NCBI RefSeq assembly: GCF_963921235.1
Contig: NC_086097.1
Location: 10,044,001 to 10,108,000, forward strand
Direction: 5' to 3'
Source: Mobula hypostoma
Lineage: Eukaryota
Length of the DNA: 64,000 bases
A program made the position numbers and the translations under genes. A model generated the notes under the pieces. It was not told the origin of the DNA. It ran no database searches and worked only from the letters and a program-made list of their open reading frames with translations. Below, piece after piece: positions 38,975 through 50,485 of the stretch (position 1 is its first letter; each line of letters opens with the position of its first letter).

Positions 38975-39496
38975 ACAAAGGTCAAAGTAAATTTATTATC
39001 AAAGTACATATACGTCATCATAAACAACCCTAAGATTTGCTTTCTTGTGGCATACACAGTAAATAGAGAAACACAACAGAATTAATGAAAGACTGCTAAA
39101 TTGCACAAAGCACTGGTTAGATTCACCTGAATTAATGAAGTTAATGGAAGACTGCACCCAATATGTCAGACAAACAATGTGTAAAGAACAACAAAATGCA
39201 AATACAGAAAAGAAAAAAAAAGAATAAATAAGTGATAAATATCAAGAACATGTGATGAAGAGTCCTTAAAAGTGAGTTCATGGATTGTGGGAACAGTTCA
39301 GTGCTGGGGCGAGTGAGATTAAGTGAAGTTATCCCCTTTGGTTTAAGAGCCTGATGGTTGAGGGGTAGTAACTCTTCCTGAACCTGGTGGTGTGTGTCTT
39401 GAGGTTACTGTACCTTCTTCCTGATGGTAACAGTGAGAACAGAGCCTGGCCTGAATGGTGGGGGTCGTTGATGATAGATGTTGCTTTCCTGCAGCA
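38975..39496 (-). mobile_element. Rex1/Babar 3' end (left half of the host of the Copia insertion)
   Basis: RKATSIINDPHHSGQALFSLLPSGRRY...YPSTIRLLN; continues at 50486. Confidence 0.88.
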
Positions 39497-39692
39497 TATT
39501 GAGTTCTGTTTATTTGGGCTACGCAAGTGTTTATTAGGGATGCGCGCTTTCCCTGTTATGCACATGCGCACCGGGGGAATCAGTGGCATTATGGGGATAA
39601 AAGGTGGTGGCCCTCGTGTATTGAACTGAGACATTGAAAGTAAAGTTGTTTAAACACAAGAAAAACTTGTCTTTGTCGTTTGAGCATTAACA
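39497..39692 (+). repeat. 5' LTR of the Copia element
   Basis: TATTGAG...TTAACA, similar to 50284-50485; followed by gtggt (possible PBS remnant). Confidence 0.88.
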
Positions 39693-39949
39693 GTGGTTTT
39701 GAATTATAGGATCTCACCAGATTTTGACGAGAGCAACCTTTACGAAAGCACGCAAAATTAAATTGGAATATAGACTCATGTTATAGAGCTTGAGAAGAAG
39801 AAGCAGGCTCTTGCAGTTGTACTGTCATTTTCCGGAAGATTGGGAGAGACTGGGATGGGAATTTCGGTTGAGGACTTGAACAAAGATGACGGTATGAATA
39901 TACCAATAAATACACTTGGACTCTATTTTTCCGAAGGAAGGAAAGGATC

Positions 39950-40765
39950 AGCAGATGGAGTTTAACCCAGTTAAGTGTGTGGTGGTTTATCTTGGTGGGT
40001 CAAATATAATGGTAGAATATAGCATTAATGGCAAGACTCTTGGCAGTGCGGAGGATCAGAGGGATCTTGGGGTCCAAGTCCATAGGACACTCAAAGCTGC
40101 TACGCAGGTTGACTTTGTGGTTAAGAAGGCATACGGTGCATTGGACTTCATCAGTCATCGGATTGAGTTTAGGAGCCGAGGGGTAATGATGTAGCTATAT
40201 AGGACCCTGGTCAGACCCCCACTTGGAGCACTGTGCTCAGTTCCGGTCGCCTCACTATAGGAAGGACGTAGAAACCATAGAAAGGATGCAGAGGAAATTT
40301 ACAAAGATGTTGCCTGCATTGGGGAGCATGCCTTATGAGAATAGGTTGAGTGAACTCGGCCTTTTCTCCTTGGAGCGATCGGAGGATCAGATGTGACCTG
40401 ATAGAGGTGTTCAACATAATGAGAGGCATTGATCGTGTGGATAGTCAGAGGCTTTTCCCCAAGGCTGAAATGGCTAGCACGAGAGGGCACAGTTTTAAGG
40501 TGCTTGCAAGTAGGTACAGAGGAGATATCAGGGGTAAGTTTTTTACGCAGAGTGGTAAGTGCGTGGAAAGGGCTGCTGGCGGCAGTGGTGGAGGTGGCAA
40601 TGATAGGGTCTTTTAAGAGACTCCTGGATGGCTACATGGAACGTAGAAAAATAGAGGGCTATGGGTAAAGCCTAGGTAGTTCTAAGGTAGGGACGTGTTC
40701 GACACAGCTTTGTGGGCCGAAGGGCCTGTACTGTGCTGTAGGTTTTCTATGTTTCTGTGTTTCTG
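39950..40765 (+). mobile_element. CR1 3' fragment inserted in Copia gag
   Basis: QMEFNPVKC, RDLGVQV, HLEHCAQF; (ttctgtgt)n tail; gag resumes after it. Confidence 0.9.
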
Positions 40766-43029
40766 TTAATGAGGCATATTCAAAGTTTGACAAAGTTTAC
40801 AGAGACGATTCTAAAAATATGGTTGATTATATTACTGATTTTGAACAAAAGTTCAGTTGCATGTGTAAATATAAAATGGAAATTCCTGATGCTGTGTAAG
40901 CTTTTAAATTGTTTGGATACTGCATAAAGGGTGGACAATTTGTCTTAACTGCATGTGCAGAACTTACACTTACTTCAAAGAAATCGACACTGAAGAAGAT
41001 TTTTGCAGAAAAGGCTGCTAGGACAACAGTCGGAATTAGTTTGAGTCCGGAAGTGGCACCCTTCACTGAGCAGAAACAAGAGTACAGCGAGCCAAGATCC
41101 CAGAGGGACCAGACATTACCTGGCACTAATCTAATTAGCAAATACGGCAGGAGATCCAAAAGTGAGGTTTGTCGAAGTATTTACCATTGGGCAGGAAATT
41201 GTTCACACAGAACCAAGCATGTTAGGCTAACTGAAAAAATAACAAATTTAAAAATTTAGTAGAGTGTCATATCACATTGTTTGCAAAGGAATCACTTACT
41301 AATGCAGGGATATCTGAGGCAGAGATTTTGATGATAGAATCTCTAGGGTCTGCTGCTATGACATGCACACACCCAGTGCGTGGAGAAAAACGACTTGAAA
41401 GCTATGTAAGTGAACCAAAAAATGAAATGCAGAAACTGGTGAACAAAACTAGCAACAGAGTATTGAAACTTGGAGATGGAAATATTAAACATCCCACCAA
41501 AAGTGTGAAAATCCCTGCAAAAGTAGGGCAGGCAAAATGTTACATTGAAATGGAGGTAGTACCAGTGAACATTCCATTACTCTTGAGTAAAACTCCCCTA
41601 AAGAAAGCAGGAGCATTACCGGATATGGAGAATGACCAAGTAATAACATTACAGCAATCAGTGTCTCTTGAGTTCACCAGCTCTGGACATTACTGTGTGA
41701 ACACTCTAGATAAAGACACTACTGAGAACCAATATGAGAATGAAGTACTAACTGTCACAGAAAACATGACCATAGATGAGAAATGCAAAGTGTTGCTCAA
41801 ACTTCATAAGCAGTTTGGACACACTTCAACTGAGAGAGTTCAGAAACTGCTCAGGAGTTCAGGAAACAAAGATGCAGATTATTTTTTTCCATTCTAAAGC
41901 AGATAATTGACAGCTGTGAGATGTGCCAAAGGTTTGGAAACCAAAGCCCAAGCTGGTTGGTCTGCCACTAGAATCTAAAAATAATGAGACAGTAGCCATA
42001 GACCTACATGAACTGGAGCAAGGAGCGTGGTATCTCCATATCATTGATGAGTTCACACATTTCAGTGCCAGTAGTAAAGAAAAGCAATGGCTGTGATTGG
42101 AAAACAGCCCTGGACTGGGTCCTTATAGCGACGATATCATGCACAATGTACATGGTTATGGCCCATATCAATTGGTGTTTGGCCAGAATCCAGACCTTCC
42201 CTCTGTACTGGTTGACAGATTACCTGCTCTAGAGGGTACTATAAGGAGTGAGTGGGTTGGAAAACGTATTTCAGCATTGCATGCATCAAGGAAGGCTTTC
42301 AGTGAAGCAGAGTGTTCAGAGAGAATTCCAAGAGCTCTGAGGACACAGGTCCATCCTACAAATGGCAAATACGATGCAGAGGACAAAGTCTATTACAAAA
42401 GTGTTGATTGTACAGAATGGAAAGGTCCTGGAGTTGTCATTGGTTAGGATGGTGCTGTGGGATTCATGAGGTATGGAGATAGATATGAGAGAGTGCATCA
42501 TTCCAGACTACGTAAAGCACAAAATGAAGACGATCAGAACTCTATGAAGAATGACATAAAAAAATGAGAAAGCACTTACCCGGTTCGTTGTCACATTGTC
42601 ACGTAGCAGAGACAGGGGTGAGGGAAGTGCAGCTAAGGACCCAACAGAGTTGCTCAACAATTGCCTAGACAGTGCTGAAGAGATTGCATTGGATCCTTAG
42701 TAGTGTTGGCTGAAGAGAGTGAAGTTGGGACTCAAAAGACTTGCCTGAACAGAAATCATCACAAGTACAAAGACAACATGGAAGTTTCAGTTTTAAAACA
42801 GGACAAACTGTGAGATTTATAGACAAATACACTGGTATCTCATACAAAACTGAAGCCTTAGGGTGAGCAGGCAAAGCCACAAGGAGAAACAAAAGTTGGT
42901 ACAACTTGAATTACCTGGAACCAATCACAGTTGCTGGCACTGCAGGGTTATTCCACATGTCGTGTGTAGACAGACTTTATATGGAATCAATTACAAATCA
43001 GGTTGGAACATCTGCAAAACACACCAGTC

Positions 43030-43982
43030 AGGATGACGCCGGCAAACAACGATACCTCGGGCGACATTTCCAGATAACAAATCTCTCGAATTATTTCACA
43101 TTTCTCTAAGGCTTCTGCTTGTTCTTTTTGTCTTGTTAGTGTTTCGGAAGCCTGCGACATACAGTTTGGATCTTGATCGAAGCTTCTGGTGCCATGCTGT
43201 GTCCGTTGAGCAGCCTCGTAGAAATTAGAGACAGGGAACCAAAAAAAGACCATGAACACAGCTGACTCACGGAAACAAACACAAAACAGGACATGTGGGC
43301 ATGTATGACTCCATCTCGAAGCGGCAAGGAAGATTGAAGCATCGAGGTGAATGTGGAGGGGGACAGCGATGGCTCCCAACGGTGACAGTCAACAGCCAGG
43401 TCGATGTGTTGGGCCCTGGATCTGTGGCTTTAGGATATGGGTCAGCAGTCACCCTTTACAGAAGGAATGAGTTCATACGGCTGCTCTCCTCATGTGCAAA
43501 CAAAAAGTTGCTTCCGAAATTCTGGGAATTATGTGATTATTTGTCTGTACCTTATATTGGTTCCCTTCAGATTTTTAGTGTTTTCTTTCTTGTGGCCGAT
43601 TGGTGGGTGGGTGGGAGAACTGTTGATTTTTTTTGTCTGTAATGGTGGGGGGGGGCGGTTTGGGAGTTTCGTGCCACTTAGATGCTCTTTCTGTGAGTGA
43701 GGAGGTCAGGGTATATTATTGTCACTGTTCTTTTCTGCGAATGAGAGGGTCGGGTCTGTTACTGTTGCTGTTTTTCGCTGTGGGGTTGGGGGATTTGGGG
43801 GTAAGCGAGTTGTTTCTTTTCTTTTTCATGCCAGGGGATGGGAGTTGATGTCTTTCTTTTTATCCACACCCATGGTCTTTCTGTATTTTAGTTGGTATCT
43901 GGAAAAGACAAATATCAGGGTTGTATTTTACATGCATACTTTGACAATAAAATCAAGCTCTGAATCTTTTTTGAAACTTTGA
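43030..43982 (+). mobile_element. Non-coding non-autonomous element with Rex1-type tail, inserted between Copia IN and RT
   Basis: Starts gatgacgccggc; ends tactttgacaataaa...ttgaaactttga; Copia pol resumes after it. Confidence 0.55.
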
Positions 43983-44895
43983 GAAATGTAAAGATGAAGA
44001 TGTCCTAATAACAAAGGATTTATCATTTGAACCGACAAAATAGGATGAAATCAGAAGTTGGAGAAATAGTGGAGTGTTTGAGGAAGCCAGAAACATTGGC
44101 CAAAAGACAGTGTCTCCAAGATGGGTGCGCACACTGAAAGAAACCCCAACAGTAATTATACCTGAAGCAGCCAGGTGGCTAGGGGTTTTGAGGAACTGAA
44201 CCTAAAAGAACTCCGAAAAGACTTGCCAACATGTGCATCAGAGTCTCTCCGACTACTTCTCTCGGTGATGTGTCAAAAGTATTAGCAACCCCGTGGCATG
44301 GACTTAAAATCTGCATTCTTACAAGGAACGGAGCCGTCATATGACAGTTACATTAAATCCCTCAGCCCTCAGCTGAAGTCAGTCTTTCAGATTGGACGGG
44401 AGGAACTTGACAGATTCTGCTATGTAGGGATAGACATCCTTGCTGTTGACAGAACAGTACATCAAGAAAGCTACATCAGGAATCTGCAGACAATCCACAT
44501 GGATTCCTCACTTACCAGACAACCAGATACACCTTCCAGTGAAGCTGAAGCGGAGCGATTTAGGTCAAAGATAGGTCTGATTCTATGGATCGTAAGACAG
44601 GGCAGACCTGAATTCATGGTTGCTGCCTGCAACTTGGCATCCAGCACAGAAAATTCCACAGTACAAGCTTTACATCAGGCAAACAAGATAGTGCACAGAA
44701 TTCAATCTGAAAACATAGTCTTAAAGTTTCAACAACTTGGAAAGTATGGCTCACTGAGGCTCGTTCTCTTCAGTGATGCCTCACTTCAAAATCATCTGGA
44801 AGAAGGTACTCAAGTGGGACATTTTATTGTACCAACGAGAGAAGAGGGAAGATTTTTACCAATCCATTAGCAATCAAAAAAGGATTGGGAGAGTT

Positions 44896-45545
44896 ATTAG
44901 ATTAGATTAGATTAGATTCAACTTTATTGTCATTGTGCCGAGTACAGATACAAAGCCAATGAAATTCATTTAGCATCGTACCAGCAATGCAAAGAATGGT
45001 GTTATTTACAAAATAACTGCGAATAAAAAAAGTGCTACAGCACACAAATATAAAAGTACTGAGACAGTACAATACGGATGTAATACTGCTTAGCACTGTG
45101 ATGAGAGGTTCAGCAGTGTCACAGCCTCAGGGAAGAAGCTCTTCCTGGGCCTGCTGGTGTGGGAGCAGAGGCTCCTGTAGTGCCTACCGAATGGAAGGAG
45201 AGTAAAAGGTCCATGGTTAGGGTGAGATGCATCCTTGATAATGCTTTTCACCCTGCCCAGGCAGCGTTTATGGTAGATGTTCTCAATGGTGGGCAATTGG
45301 GTGCCGAGAATCCGCTGGGCAGTTTTCACCACACGCTGGAGTGCTTTGTGGTCTGATATGGGACAATTGCCATACCACACTGAGATGCAGTTGGTGAGTA
45401 TGCTCTCAATGGTACGGTGGTAAAAGTTCGTCAGTATCCTGGGACAGAGGTGAGCTTTCTTCATGCTCCGCAGGAAATAAAGGCGCTGTTGTGCCTTTTT
45501 GCTCAGGATGGAGGAGTTCAGGGACCAGGTGAGATCCTCGGAAGT
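44896..45545 (-). mobile_element. Rex1/Babar 3' fragment inserted in Copia RNase H
   Basis: SEDLTWSLN..KKAQQRLYFLR, RTIESILTNCISVWYG; (tctaa)n tail. Confidence 0.92.
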
Positions 45546-45787
45546 ATGGAAGGCTGGCAGGAGAAACCTGTGCAATATCTGAAAGCATTGCTAATTCTCT
45601 TTTTCTGGCCACACTCTATTCTGAGCTTTTCCATGGTGACCGAATGAAGAACAATCTACAAATAACTTGTGTCACAGACAACTACTCTTTTTGATGCTAT
45701 CAAATCCAACAAATGAGTTACAGAGGAGAAGCTTTGTCTAGAGATAAGCAGCATCAAAGAACTTGTCCAAGCACAGAAAATTCATCC

Positions 45788-46060
45788 AACACAGGCAAAA
45801 TGCTGGAGGAACTCAGCAGGCCAGGCAGCATCTATGGAAAAGAGTAAACAGTGCAACAGAGCTGGGAAGTTGATTGGTGAAAGAGATACAGGGCAGGAGA
45901 AGCTGGAATCTGATAGGAGAGGACAGAAGGCCATGGACGAAAGAAAAGTGGGAGGAGAATTAGAGGGAGGTAATAGGGAGTTAAGGAGATAAGATATGAG
46001 AGGGAAATAGGGATTGGAATGGTGAAGGGGGGGAAACATTACATGAAGTTGGAGAAAATC
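45788..46060 (-). mobile_element. Penelope-like 3' UTR fragment inserted in Copia RNase H
   Basis: aaatgctggaggaactcagcaggccaggcagcatctatgg terminal motif. Confidence 0.75.
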
Positions 46061-47298
46061 AGGTTAATCACTTGCTGTGGTCAATTACAAAGGAATAACT
46101 AGCTGACTGTCTCAGAAAGAAGAGAGTGCCAGCTTTTGTGCAGTTAAAGGCACTGAGTGAAGGCATTTGGTACCTTAATAATTATATTAACATCAAGGGT
46201 TGGAAATAATTCTCATATACTAATGACATTTAAATTGTCTTGAAATTTTTAAAATTTTTTAAATATGTACATAAAAGAGGTAGCATTAGAGATTGTGGCC
46301 GCATTAGAAATGACTTGTCAAAAGTCATTGTACTCTGGCATGGTGCCAGAGGACTGGAAAATTGCAAATGTTATTCCACTCTTTAAAAAGTAGGAAGGCA
46401 GCAGAAAGGAAATTATAAACCAGTTAGCCTGACCTCAGTGGTTGGAAAGATGTTACCCGAGTCAATTGTTAAAGATGAGTACTTGGTTTCACAGGACAAG
46501 ACAGTACAAAGTCAACATGGTTTCCTTCAGGGAAATCCTGCCTGACGAACCTGTTGGAATTCTTTGAGGAGATTACAAGTAGGATAGGTAAAGAGGATGT
46601 AGTGGATGTTGCATATTTGGACTTCTAGAAGGCCTTTGACAAGGTACCACACGTGAGGCTGCTTACTAAGTTAAGAGGTATTACAGGAAAGTTACTTACA
46701 TGGTTAGAGGCTGATAGGTAGGAAGCAGGCGAGTGGGAATAAAAGGATCTTTTCTGGTTGGCTGCCAGTGAACAGTGGTGTTCCACAGGGGTCAGTGTTG
46801 AGACCACTTCTTTTTATGCTGTATATAAATGATTTAGATGATGGAATAGATGGCTTTGTTGCCAAGTTTGCAGATGATACTTGGTGGAGGGGCAGGTAGT
46901 GTTGAGGAAACATGTAGGATGCAGAAGGACTTAGACAGATTAGGAGAATGGGCAAGAAAGTGGCAAATAAAATACAATTTTGGAAAAAGGATGGTCATGC
47001 ACTTTGCCAGTAGAAATAAATGTGCAGATTATTTTCTAAATAGGGAGAAAATCCAGGAATCTGAGATGCAGAGGGACTTGGGAGTCCTTGTGCAGAACAC
47101 CCTAAAGGTTAACTTGCAGATTGAGTCAGTGGTGAGGAAGGCAAATGTCATGTTAGCATTCATTTCAAGAAATCTAGAATACAAGAGCAAGGATATGATG
47201 CTAACAACAGGAATTCTGCAGATGCTGGAAATTCAAGCAACACACATCAAAGTTGCTGGTGAACGCAGCAGGCCAAGCAGCATCTATAGGAAGAGGCG

Positions 47299-47336
47299 CA
47301 GTCGACGTTTCAGGCCGAGACCCTTCGTCAGGACTA
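47299..47336 (-). ncRNA. Minimal type I hammerhead ribozyme motif
   Basis: TAGTC-CTGACGA-AGG(gtctcgg)CCT-GAAAC-GTC-GACTG: intact core, stem I and stem II pairing. Confidence 0.8.
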
Positions 47337-49420
47337 ACTGAAGGAAGAGTGAGTAAGGGATTTGAAAGCTGGAGGGGGAGGGGGAGATGTAAAATGATAG
47401 GAGAAGACAGGAGGGGGAGGGATAGAGCCGAGAGCTGGACAGGTGATAGGCAGAAGGGGATACGAGAGGATCATGGGACAGGAGGTCCGGGAAGAAAGAC
47501 GGGGGGGGGGGTGACCCAGAGGATGGGCAAGAGGTATATTCAGAGGGACAGAGGGAGAAAAAGGAGAGTGAGAGAAAGAATGTGTGCATAAAAGAGAGTA
47601 ACAGATGGGGTACGAGGGGGAGGTGGGGCCTAGCGGAAGTTAGAGAAGTCAATGTTCATGCCATCAGGTTGGAGGCTACCCATACGGAATATAAGGTGTT
47701 GTTCCTCCAACCTGAGTGTGGCTTCATCTTTACAGTAGAGGAGGCCGTGGATAGACATGTCAGAATGGGAATGGGATGTGGAATTAAAATGTGTGGCCAC
47801 TGGGAGATCCTGCTTTCTCTGGCGGACAGAGCGTAGATGTTCAGCAAAGCGGTCTCCCAGTCTGCGTCGGGTCTCACCAATATATAAAAGGCCACATCGG
47901 GAGCACCGGACACAGTATATCACCCCAGTCGACTCACAGGTGAAGTGATGCCTCACCTGGAAGGACTGTTTGGGGCCCTGAATGGTGGTAAGGGAGGAAG
48001 TGTAAGGGCATGTGTAGCACTTGTTCTGCTTACACGGATAAGTGCCAGGAGGGAGATCAGTGGGGAGGGATGTGGGGGACGAATGGACAAGGGAGTTGTG
48101 TAGGGAGCGATCCCTGCGGAATGCAGAGAGAGGGGGAGGGAAAGATATGCTTAGTGGTGGGATCCCGTTGGAGGTGGCGGAAGTTACGGAGAATAATATG
48201 TTGGACCCGGAGGCTGGTGGGGTGGTAGGTGAGGACCAGGGGAACCCTATTCCTAGTGGGGTGGTGGGAGGATGGAGTGAGAGCAGATGTACGTGAAATG
48301 GGGGAGATGCGTTTAAGAGCAGAGTTGATAGTGGAGGAAGGGAAGCCCCTTTCTTTAAAAAATGAAGACATCTCCCTCGTCCTAGAATGAAAAGCCTCAT
48401 CCTGAGAGCAGATGCGGCGGAGACGGAGGAATTGCGAGAAGGGGATGGCGTTTTTGCAAGAGACAGGGTGAGAAGAGGAATAGTCCAGATAGCTGTGAGA
48501 GTCAGTAGGCTTATAGTAGACATCAGTGGATAAACTGTCTCCAGAGACAGAGACAGAAAGATCTAGAAAGGGGAGGGAGGTGTCGGAAATGGACCAGGTA
48601 AACTTGAGGGCAGGGTGAAAGTTGGAGGCAAAGTTAATAAAGTCAACGAGTTCTGCATGCGTGCAGGAAGCAGCGCCAATGCAGTCGTCGATGTAGCGAA
48701 GGAAAAGTGGGGGACAGATACCAGAATAGGCACGGAACATAGATTGTTCCACAAACCCAACAAAAAGGCAGGCATAGCTAGGACCCATACGGGTGCCCAT
48801 AGCTACACCTTTAGTTTGGAGGAAATGGGAGGAGCAAAAGGAGAAATTATTAAGAGTAAGGACTTTTTATACATTGGTGAGACCCGACGCAGACTGGGAG
48901 ACCGCTTTGCTGAACATCTACGCTCTGTCCACCAGAGAAAGCAGGATCTCCCAGTGGCCACACATTTTAATTCCACATCCCATTCCCATTCTGACATGTC
49001 TATCCACGGCCTCCTCTACTGTAAAGATGAAGCCACACTCAGGTTGGAGGAACAACACCTTATATTCCGTATGGGTAGCCTCCAACCTGATGGCATGAAT
49101 ATTGACTTCTCTAACTTCCGCTAGGCCCCACCTCCCCCTCGTACCCCATCTGTTACTCTTTTTTATGCACACATTCTTTCTCTCACTCTCCTTTTTCTCC
49201 CTCTGTCCCTCTGAATATACCTCTTGCCCATCCTCTGGGTCACCCCCCCGCCCCCCGTCTTTCTTCCCGGACCTCCTGTCCCATGATCCTCTCGTATCCC
49301 CTTCTGCCTATCACCTTTCCAGCTCTCGGCTCCATCCCTCCCCCTCCTGTCTTCTCCTATCATTTTGCATCTCCCCCTCCCCCTCCAGCTTTCAAATCCC
49401 TTACTCACTCTTCCTTCAGT

Positions 49421-49458
49421 TAGTCCTGACGAAGGGTCTCGGCCTGAAACGTCGACTG
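49421..49458 (+). ncRNA. Minimal type I hammerhead ribozyme motif
   Basis: Identical to 47299-47336, in the inverted arm. Confidence 0.8.
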
Positions 49459-49550
49459 CGCCTCTTCCTATAGATGCTGCTTGGCCTGCTGCGTTCACCA
49501 GCAACTTTGAAGGATATGATGCTGAGCCTTTATAAGGCACTGGTGAGGCC

Positions 49551-49944
49551 TGTTGTGGATAAGTCTCAGGAGCAGTACACAGAACAAATCAGGCCGACTC
49601 AGAGAATTGTTTCAGACTAAAGGACTTTAATTATAAATGACATCACCGAGATCACTGCACCTAAGACCGGTGTTTAGGGGCTCTGCTTAGCTTTCAGACA
49701 TGCTTCATTATATAGACACAGCATACGTAAATAAAAGCACTTAACAAGTGCATTGCCTGACCTTGAACTTAGAACTAGATTGCAACAAACAAGAACATTG
49801 CGTGACTTTGAACCTTGAACTAAATCACAACATTTTGGTTGCATTCCAGCCGGCGCCACAACCTCAGTTCTTGAAGGACTTTAGCTAAATCTCAGCAGCA
49901 TTCACAGGCGATTAGGTTAACCCCTACATATCCAAAGAGTTACA
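49551..49944 (-). mobile_element. Solo LTR (394 bp) inserted in CR1
   Basis: TGTTG...TTACA termini, 5-bp TSD aggcc (49546-50 / 49945-49); CR1 rejoins on removal; orientation tentative. Confidence 0.85.
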
Positions 49945-50283
49945 AGGCCTCACTTTGAGTATTGTGTACAGTTTTGGGCTCCTCATCTTAGAAGAGATGT
50001 GCTGGCATTGGAGAGGGTCCAGAGGAGGCTCACATGGATGATTCCAGGAATGAAATGATTATCATATGAGGAACATTTGATGGCTCTGGGTCTGTACTCG
50101 CTGGAATTTTGAAAGATGAGGGAGGATCTCATTGAAACCTTTCGAATATTGAAAGGCCTAGACAGAGTAGATGTGGAGGAGATTAAAAAAAAGGATCAAC
50201 CATGATTGAGTGGTGGATCTCGATGGGCCAGATGGCCTAATTCTGCTCCTATGTCTTATGGTCTTATAGAAATTAAGGGAGAT

Positions 50284-50485
50284 TGTTGAGTTCTGTTCAT
50301 TTGGGCTATGTATTTAGTAAGTATTTAGTAGCCATCCCACATCCCCTGATATGCACATGCAATCCGGGTGGAATGGGGTGTTTGCGGGGATAAAAGGTGG
50401 CGGCCCTCTGGTATTGAATGGAGACGTTGAAAGTAAAGTTGTTTAAATGAAAGAAAAACTTGTCTTTATTGTTTGAGCATTAACA
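50284..50485 (+). repeat. 3' LTR of the Copia element
   Basis: TGTTGAG...TTAACA preceded by purine-rich aattaagggagat (PPT-like). Confidence 0.88.

Larger units (their letters stand above)
47203..49510 (-). mobile_element. Penelope-like element (RT + GIY-YIG) with inverted 3' copy
   Basis: MGTRMGPSYA, RYIDDCIG, LPFLD; GVIYCVRC..CGLLYIGET..RFAEH..GMN; TSD aggatatgatgct (47190-47202 / 49511-49523). Confidence 0.95.
46272..50268 (+). mobile_element. 5'-truncated CR1 LINE in the Copia 3' UTR, interrupted by a PLE and a solo LTR
   Basis: [29 protein letters not shown]; resumes at 49511 and 49945; 3' end ttctgctcctatgtcttatggtctta. Confidence 0.9.
39497..50485 (+). mobile_element. Degenerate Ty1/Copia LTR retrotransposon, GalEa-like, with nested insertions
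   Basis: Direct LTRs; gag LEKKKQALAVVLS, EAYSKFD, knuckle CRSIYHWAGNC; integrase KLHKQFGH...CEMC, TVAIDL, WKGPGVVIG; RT VARGFEE, DLKSAFLQG; RNase H FSDAS, TDNYSL, LADCL; integrase precedes RT. Confidence 0.88.

Noticed and set aside
48615..49124. 169-aa ORF ending in a GIY-YIG C-terminus as a novel nuclease
   Set aside because: Chance read-through across the inversion junction; lacks the first half of the GIY-YIG motif
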